Virus record (IMG/VR): IMGVR_UViG_3300031908_000001
Location: 1 to 64,000 of that record
From: a virus
Taxonomy: Duplodnaviria; Caudoviricetes
Strand: one strand, 5' to 3'
Length of the DNA stretch: 64,000 nt
Both the position numbers and the translations under genes were made by a program. The notes under the pieces were generated by a model. That model ran no database searches, was not told where the DNA came from, and was given only the letters and a program-made list of their open reading frames with translations. Positions within the stretch are counted from its first letter, which is position 1. Every line of letters starts with the position of its first letter. Positions 59,551-64,000 of this stretch are shown here, in pieces.

Positions 59551-60084
59551 TTAAGATTTTTTGAATTGTTCTGCTATCATTTTTATTTGCTGGATGAGGA
59601 TATTGTACATATTGACATCATTATCTTTTATAGTTTTGAGGTCTGGATTGTGTAGAACTCCATTTACATAAAATTCTTGGATTCCACTCCCCAAATTTGT
59701 AATTGATAAACTGGCAAGTTTAGTTTCTATTCCAGGCTTAGACATTATTCTTTTGATTACCTCTTCTTCGTTATAGCCAAGATTATAATTTCGGATATCC
59801 AGAATATGGACCCATTGAAGTTTTCCATCTTTATAAACTTGTACTTGATTATGGGGAATTTCATCTATTGCCGGTACTTGATATTTTTCTACCAATTCAA
59901 GCTCATAATCTGCAAATTCACATGAATCACTGCTTCCCAATGAATCATTAAATCGAACAAGAAAAGGAAATTCTCTATATTGAAAGAATTCACCTATTAC
60001 TCCTGTTCTACCTATATCGTCCTTATCCCCGTGCTTATTCGAGATGACTTTTACTTCGTCTCCTGCTTTAAATTTTCTTTTCAT
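59551..60084 (-). CDS. hypothetical protein with N-terminal SH3/KOW-like domain
   Basis: FKAGDEVKVI...GRTGVI...YELELV. Confidence 0.6.
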   Translation of the reverse strand: MKRKFKAGDEVKVISNKHGDKDDIGRTGVIGEFFQYREFPFLVRFNDSLGSSDSCEFADYELELVEKYQVPAIDEIPHNQVQVYKDGKLQWVHILDIRNYNLGYNEEEVIKRIMSKPGIETKLASLSITNLGSGIQEFYVNGVLHNPDLKTIKDNDVNMYNILIQQIKMIAEQFKKS

Positions 60085-60085
60085 T

Positions 60086-60289
60086 TTAACTTGAAAGTTT
60101 AGATTTTATACCATTTTTATTCCAATAGAACTTTGGCACCAGATCTCCCCATTTTCCATCTTCGTATATTTCTCTTACTACACCTTTTGTTCCGTTGTTC
60201 TGAATTACCATGAATTTTTTATCGCACCACTCTATTACTGACCCTGGTTCAAATTCTAGCATCCATTGATTTTCTTTTGTGATTGTCAT
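60086..60289 (-). CDS. hypothetical protein
   Basis: 67 aa in an operon. Confidence 0.55.
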   Translation of the reverse strand: MTITKENQWMLEFEPGSVIEWCDKKFMVIQNNGTKGVVREIYEDGKWGDLVPKFYWNKNGIKSKLSS

Positions 60290-60300
60290 AGCTGTATTAT

Positions 60301-60747
60301 TTATTTTTTATCTGTACTGCCGTATCCACCGACTCCTCTTTCTGTTGATGATAATTCCTCTACTTCTATCCATTCAGCTTTCTCTGCTCTTGCAATTACT
60401 CCCTGAGCTATTGCTTGCCCTTTTTTAATTTCAATTGTGGAATAATAAAAATCACCATCACATTTATGATCAATAATCACTCCAATTTCTCCCCTATAAT
60501 CTGCATCAATTGTTCCTGGGGAATTGGCAATACGAATATAAGTTTTAAGTGATAATCCTGATCTTGGTCTTATCTGCATCTCAAATCCTTCTGGAATCTC
60601 TAAGGCAAAGCCAAGTTTAACAAGCACTGTTTCTCCTGGATATATTATTGCATCCTCACACGCTATCAAATCAAATCCGGCTGATAGTGCTGTTGCATAT
60701 TTTGGCAATACTGCGTCTGAATGAAATCTTTTTATCTTTATTTGCAT
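60301..60747 (-). CDS. dut: trimeric dUTPase
   Basis: AGFDL, RPRSGL, GTIDADYRGEI, AIAQG, ERGVGGYGSTD. Confidence 0.96.
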   Translation of the reverse strand: MQIKIKRFHSDAVLPKYATALSAGFDLIACEDAIIYPGETVLVKLGFALEIPEGFEMQIRPRSGLSLKTYIRIANSPGTIDADYRGEIGVIIDHKCDGDFYYSTIEIKKGQAIAQGVIARAEKAEWIEVEELSSTERGVGGYGSTDKK

Positions 60748-60756
60748 AATTTTGGT

Positions 60757-61308
60757 TTATTTATAATCTCCGCAACATTGACAAGTAACTTCGTATATAG
60801 ATGGAGGACCTGGTCTAACTTCTTCTCTCACCTCAATCTCGTCGCCTTGCTTTATCCAATGTGCTTGTTCTGATATTTTCCCAAGTACCCTATATATTGA
60901 CTCTCCATTGTCTTTGACAACTGTATATCTTCTTTCAAGGTATGAATCTTCTTCAGCAAATTTCAAGCAATGCATAGGAAACTTATTATCATTGACTACT
61001 GTAATCAAGTTGTCATATATGCCTGCAGTCTCTACCAAAAAGTCTTTGTGGTCAAACGTAACCTTCAATATTTCTCCACCATTCTCCTTAAGATTGCTTA
61101 CAATTGCAAATAAGCCAACTTTCTTTGATTTACTTTTTTTACTTATAAGATATGTTTCTCCACACGGATCAAGATCTCTTTCGCTTGTTAAAAGATCACC
61201 ATTTTCTAATATCTTTGTCACCTGAGTTACAATATGCAAGTCATTTATAATAGAGTCTCCAACTTTAATTTCTTCTTCTACTGGGATGTATTTTGCTATT
61301 GCCTTCAT
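60757..61308 (-). CDS. hypothetical protein
   Basis: 183 aa with C-terminal CQCC. Confidence 0.6.
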   Translation of the reverse strand: MKAIAKYIPVEEEIKVGDSIINDLHIVTQVTKILENGDLLTSERDLDPCGETYLISKKSKSKKVGLFAIVSNLKENGGEILKVTFDHKDFLVETAGIYDNLITVVNDNKFPMHCLKFAEEDSYLERRYTVVKDNGESIYRVLGKISEQAHWIKQGDEIEVREEVRPGPPSIYEVTCQCCGDYK

Positions 61309-61310
61309 GA

Positions 61311-61535
61311 TTATCCTACTTTAAAAATCTTTTCTATTTGATATAATCCTGGATCAAGTGTTTTTATCACTTCCATTGCTTGTGAATATGAGACAAATTC
61401 TGTACATGATTTAAATTCGCCAATACCATATGTAATTTCTCCACTTCCATGCAAAGAATGGTGAACTTTTTTTAAATAAAAAGAACTAGTGGGGAAATAT
61501 GTATTACAATCCTTTATTACAAATATTTCTTTCAT
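61311..61535 (-). CDS. hypothetical protein
   Basis: 74 aa, coupled. Confidence 0.55.
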   Translation of the reverse strand: MKEIFVIKDCNTYFPTSSFYLKKVHHSLHGSGEITYGIGEFKSCTEFVSYSQAMEVIKTLDPGLYQIEKIFKVG

Positions 61536-61801
61536 GATTTTACTTCTCTATAATTTTTATGGAATTGATATACTACCCACTCCCTTTCCGATCTGGATAG
61601 TTTTGACTTCTTATTCTGAATAAGTCCAAATTCATCAATAATATTGACGTCTGGAGTTGGCTTCTTATGATCGCGGCCACCCATTAAGTAAGAACTCATC
61701 ATAGCACTTGCCATAAGCATTTTCACCATTTTAGATGAATGATCGGAAGTCTTCTTTGGTACCGGTTCGTACAAAACCCCATTTACCTCAATAGTATTCA
61801 T
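61532..61801 (-). CDS. hypothetical protein
   Basis: 89 aa; IIDEFGLIQNKKSKLSRSERE. Confidence 0.55.
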   Translation of the reverse strand: MNTIEVNGVLYEPVPKKTSDHSSKMVKMLMASAMMSSYLMGGRDHKKPTPDVNIIDEFGLIQNKKSKLSRSEREWVVYQFHKNYREVKS

Positions 61802-61877
61802 ATTAAATTCTGTTTAATTATTGCGCCTATGATGATCATAAGCAACATTAGTGTTCCTATTATAAATTCTTTCTTGG

Positions 61878-62105
61878 TCATGGCTTCTGATTTGCTAATA
61901 CAATTATTTCTGATTTCAAATGTTGTATTTTATTAATTAGACCTTCAATTATCTGGTCTCTCTCCTCGGCATACTTTCTAATTGACTTTACAGCATCAAC
62001 CACTGTTATTACTCCTAAAGGATTTGTCTCTACTATATAAGATTCCTTGTTTAGGACCTCCGCAATGATGTCATGAGGAGTTTTATTTAATTTAAGCTCT
62101 GACAT
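61878..62105 (-). CDS. hypothetical protein
   Basis: 75 aa. Confidence 0.5.
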   Translation of the reverse strand: MSELKLNKTPHDIIAEVLNKESYIVETNPLGVITVVDAVKSIRKYAEERDQIIEGLINKIQHLKSEIIVLANQKP

Positions 62106-62106
62106 A

Positions 62107-62283
62107 TCATTTTAAGTTATTAATGATCTCAGGTGCCTTAATATCATTCTGTCCGGCTATTGCTACACTCATTCTCCTAAGAACATCTTCTGTTTTATCT
62201 TCCAGTTCGCTTCTTTTATATCTATCACAATTCTTTGTGATAAAGTCTATTAGCTGCTCCCTGTATCTTTCTTCAGGTGTCAT
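62107..62283 (-). CDS. small hypothetical protein (58 aa, not in the ORF track)
   Basis: Hand translation MTPEERYREQLIDFITKNCDRY...; promoter box directly upstream. Confidence 0.55.
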   Translation of the reverse strand: MTPEERYREQLIDFITKNCDRYKRSELEDKTEDVLRRMSVAIAGQNDIKAPEIINNLK

Positions 62284-62297
62284 ATGATTTATGTTTA

Positions 62298-62337
62298 CAA
62301 ATGTAATACAAAGTTTTTGAATAATAAAAACTTTTAT
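62298..62337 (-). promoter_or_regulatory. promoter (-7 TACATTTG) with two operator-like boxes
   Basis: CAAATGTA 62298-62305, then ATACAAAGTTTTTG and ATAAAAACTTTTAT. Confidence 0.6.
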
Positions 62338-62340
62338 AAG

Positions 62341-62517
62341 TTATTTTTTTGGCAATGCTATAATCATTCCAACAAATATTGGAAAAAATATTGGTGCTGT
62401 AACGATTGACAAAATCCATCTTGCAAAATTAGATTTATCACCATTAATATGTGAGCCCAATAAATTACCAAACATTACCAAACATGAAAATGCGATATAG
62501 GTCCACAATGCTATCAT
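62341..62517 (-). CDS. small membrane protein (58 aa, not in the ORF track)
   Basis: Hand translation MIALWTYIAFSCLVMFG...WILSIVTAPIFFPIFVGMII. Confidence 0.5.
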   Translation of the reverse strand: MIALWTYIAFSCLVMFGNLLGSHINGDKSNFARWILSIVTAPIFFPIFVGMIIALPKK

Positions 62518-62855
62518 AATTGTTTTTGTTTAAATTGTTCCGCGTACTCTTCCATTACTTCCAGCATAAATTGTTTTAAATCTGGAAGGTGTGATAAATC
62601 CAAATGAGTCTTGTTGTAACTATCCAGGATTTCTTCAGCCGTCTTTATTCGCGGCTCCAAATCTTCTTCCTGGACATCGTAAAATTCCCCCTCTCCATTG
62701 TCAGACACCAATGATACTGAATACCATTTCTTACCAACCATTAATCCATCTCTATCAGCTATTATTACAGCATCACCCTTATTTAATTCAGACCCCGATG
62801 GGAAATCTTTATTGATGATTGCCTTGTCTTCTAATCTAAATTTATATGCACTCAT
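62514..62855 (-). CDS. hypothetical protein (SH3-like N-terminus)
   Basis: YKFRLEDKAII...VQEEDLEP; KTAEEIL...MEEYAEQF. Confidence 0.55.
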   Translation of the reverse strand: MSAYKFRLEDKAIINKDFPSGSELNKGDAVIIADRDGLMVGKKWYSVSLVSDNGEGEFYDVQEEDLEPRIKTAEEILDSYNKTHLDLSHLPDLKQFMLEVMEEYAEQFKQKQL

Positions 62856-62859
62856 AATA

Positions 62860-63285
62860 TTATTTTTTTACAAAATAAACTACGTCCAAAATATTTGTTG
62901 TTACAAAAACTTTATGATGATGAATCTCAATTGTTCCACCATTTACTCTATAAAGAGAGTAGCCATTTAAATGAACCGGATCTCCTATTATAACATAATG
63001 CCTATAATATGTGCCGGCAAGAAATATGTTGCCAGTCTCTTCATTGATACTTATTGAATTATCTTGCTTTCTTTCAAATACATTGAATCTTGAGATAGAA
63101 TAATTTAATGAATCAATTATATAATCTGGATCTTCTTTACTGATTTTTGTAAAATCCCATTTCTGATAAATAAGAATTTTTTCTGATTCTATCTTTGTTG
63201 TTTGGGCCACTGCTACATTAAGCATTCCCGTTATTAGTATTGCAAACAACAGAGATACAATAATTGTTTTTAAGTTACTTTTCAT
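62860..63285 (-). CDS. putative secreted protein
   Basis: Signal peptide ending AVA-QTT. Confidence 0.55.
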   Translation of the reverse strand: MKSNLKTIIVSLLFAILITGMLNVAVAQTTKIESEKILIYQKWDFTKISKEDPDYIIDSLNYSISRFNVFERKQDNSISINEETGNIFLAGTYYRHYVIIGDPVHLNGYSLYRVNGGTIEIHHHKVFVTTNILDVVYFVKK

Positions 63286-63608
63286 ATACTTTTAAATTTT
63301 ATTAACAAACTACAAATACTTTTACTCCCCATCCAAGGGGCCAAAGCCAGCTTCTTTCTACTTGAATATAAGACTGTCTTTCACTTGTTCTGGTTGATTG
63401 ATTATTTTCTTTATTCAAAATTAAAAATTGTTTCTCCTGAATCTATCTTTGGAGGTAAAAGCTGAGTGTGAGTCTTTGATATGATCTCTTTCCCTGGGTT
63501 GCTTTACTCCTCTGTTTTGCTCATTTTCCTTGATCTGATAATTGAGCTCATGATTTGTGCTGAATTTTAACATGATCTTTTCGGTTTAAGTTGATAAATT
63601 TCATTAAG

Positions 63609-63872
63609 TTACTTAACGGTTGAAAGCTTATTAAATACAGTAGTCCACTCATATCCGCATTTTGTTATCACTCTGCAAAATGGACCGTGTTGCTCTAACA
63701 AAGTGACCTCTATTAACTCTTCATTCTCTTCAAACTCTATAAGATAAATTTGTCCTATAAGGAGAATATCAGTTTTCTTATATCCATGTTTTTTATGAAA
63801 ATAAGATTTAATTGACCACTGAATGGCTACTCCTGCTGCTATTATATAAAATAATTCTATAGGTACAAACAT
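63609..63872 (-). CDS. hypothetical membrane-anchored protein
   Basis: N-terminal TM segment. Confidence 0.5.
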   Translation of the reverse strand: MFVPIELFYIIAAGVAIQWSIKSYFHKKHGYKKTDILLIGQIYLIEFEENEELIEVTLLEQHGPFCRVITKCGYEWTTVFNKLSTVK

Positions 63873-64000
63873 AATCTTTATCGTTTAATTAAAGGTAAAT
63901 AAATTATTTTAATTATCAAAACTTTTATTATATTTTATTTAATTATTTAATAAAAAAGTAGGATTTAAATTATTTAATAAGCCTGAGATCGTTAAGTTAC

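Noticed and set aside
3067-62970. Numerous plus-strand ORFs in the track (for example 3715-4173, 46566-46922, 60908-61225)
   Set aside because: They lie antisense to well-supported minus-strand genes and have shadow-ORF composition; only 15332-16252 is accepted
63270-63282. Two-mismatch palindrome copies (for example 3616 and 63270)
   Set aside because: At this AT content two-mismatch hits are expected by chance, so they were not counted
1-64000. Stop-codon reassignment, as seen in some Bacteroidota phages
   Set aside because: Core genes are full length and tightly packed in code 11, and no suppressor tRNA was identified

Overview
AT-rich (roughly 30% GC by eye) 64 kb segment of a large contractile-tailed dsDNA phage. 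Almost every gene is on the minus strand, in standard genetic code. Recurring TAnnTTTG-type -7 promoter boxes point to a Bacteroidota host (inference). In transcription order from the right end, the window holds: small early-type genes and dUTPase; a promoter-driven cluster of three aberrant tRNA-like RNAs; a DEDD exonuclease; TerL flanked by two TerS-like paralogues; portal; a head-cargo block (ADP-ribosyltransferase, Nudix hydrolase, MuF); prohead protease/scaffold; an SPO1/Twort-like major capsid; neck, sheath, tube, tape measure, baseplate and tail fibres; three LamG-like paralogues; an alpha/beta hydrolase; and a DUF3380-type endolysin. These are followed by a replication and nucleotide module: ParB-like protein, helicase, dNMP kinase, dCMP deaminase, RecA, an IbrA/IbrB-like PAPS-reductase/ParB locus with a DUF3440-tail/GNAT fusion, primase and a DnaE polymerase that runs off the left edge. 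The main leads are: (i) the four-gene IbrAB/GNAT putative modification locus; (ii) an ART and Nudix pair carrying the same [ILVF]xK[SAG] signature as the scaffold and capsid, so probably virion-packaged; (iii) tRNA-like RNAs with broken or relocated anticodon arms; and (iv) four dispersed DNA motifs, including a 13-bp palindrome TTAAGTNACTTAA with nine perfect copies. All protein calls come from motifs read by eye; no searches were run.
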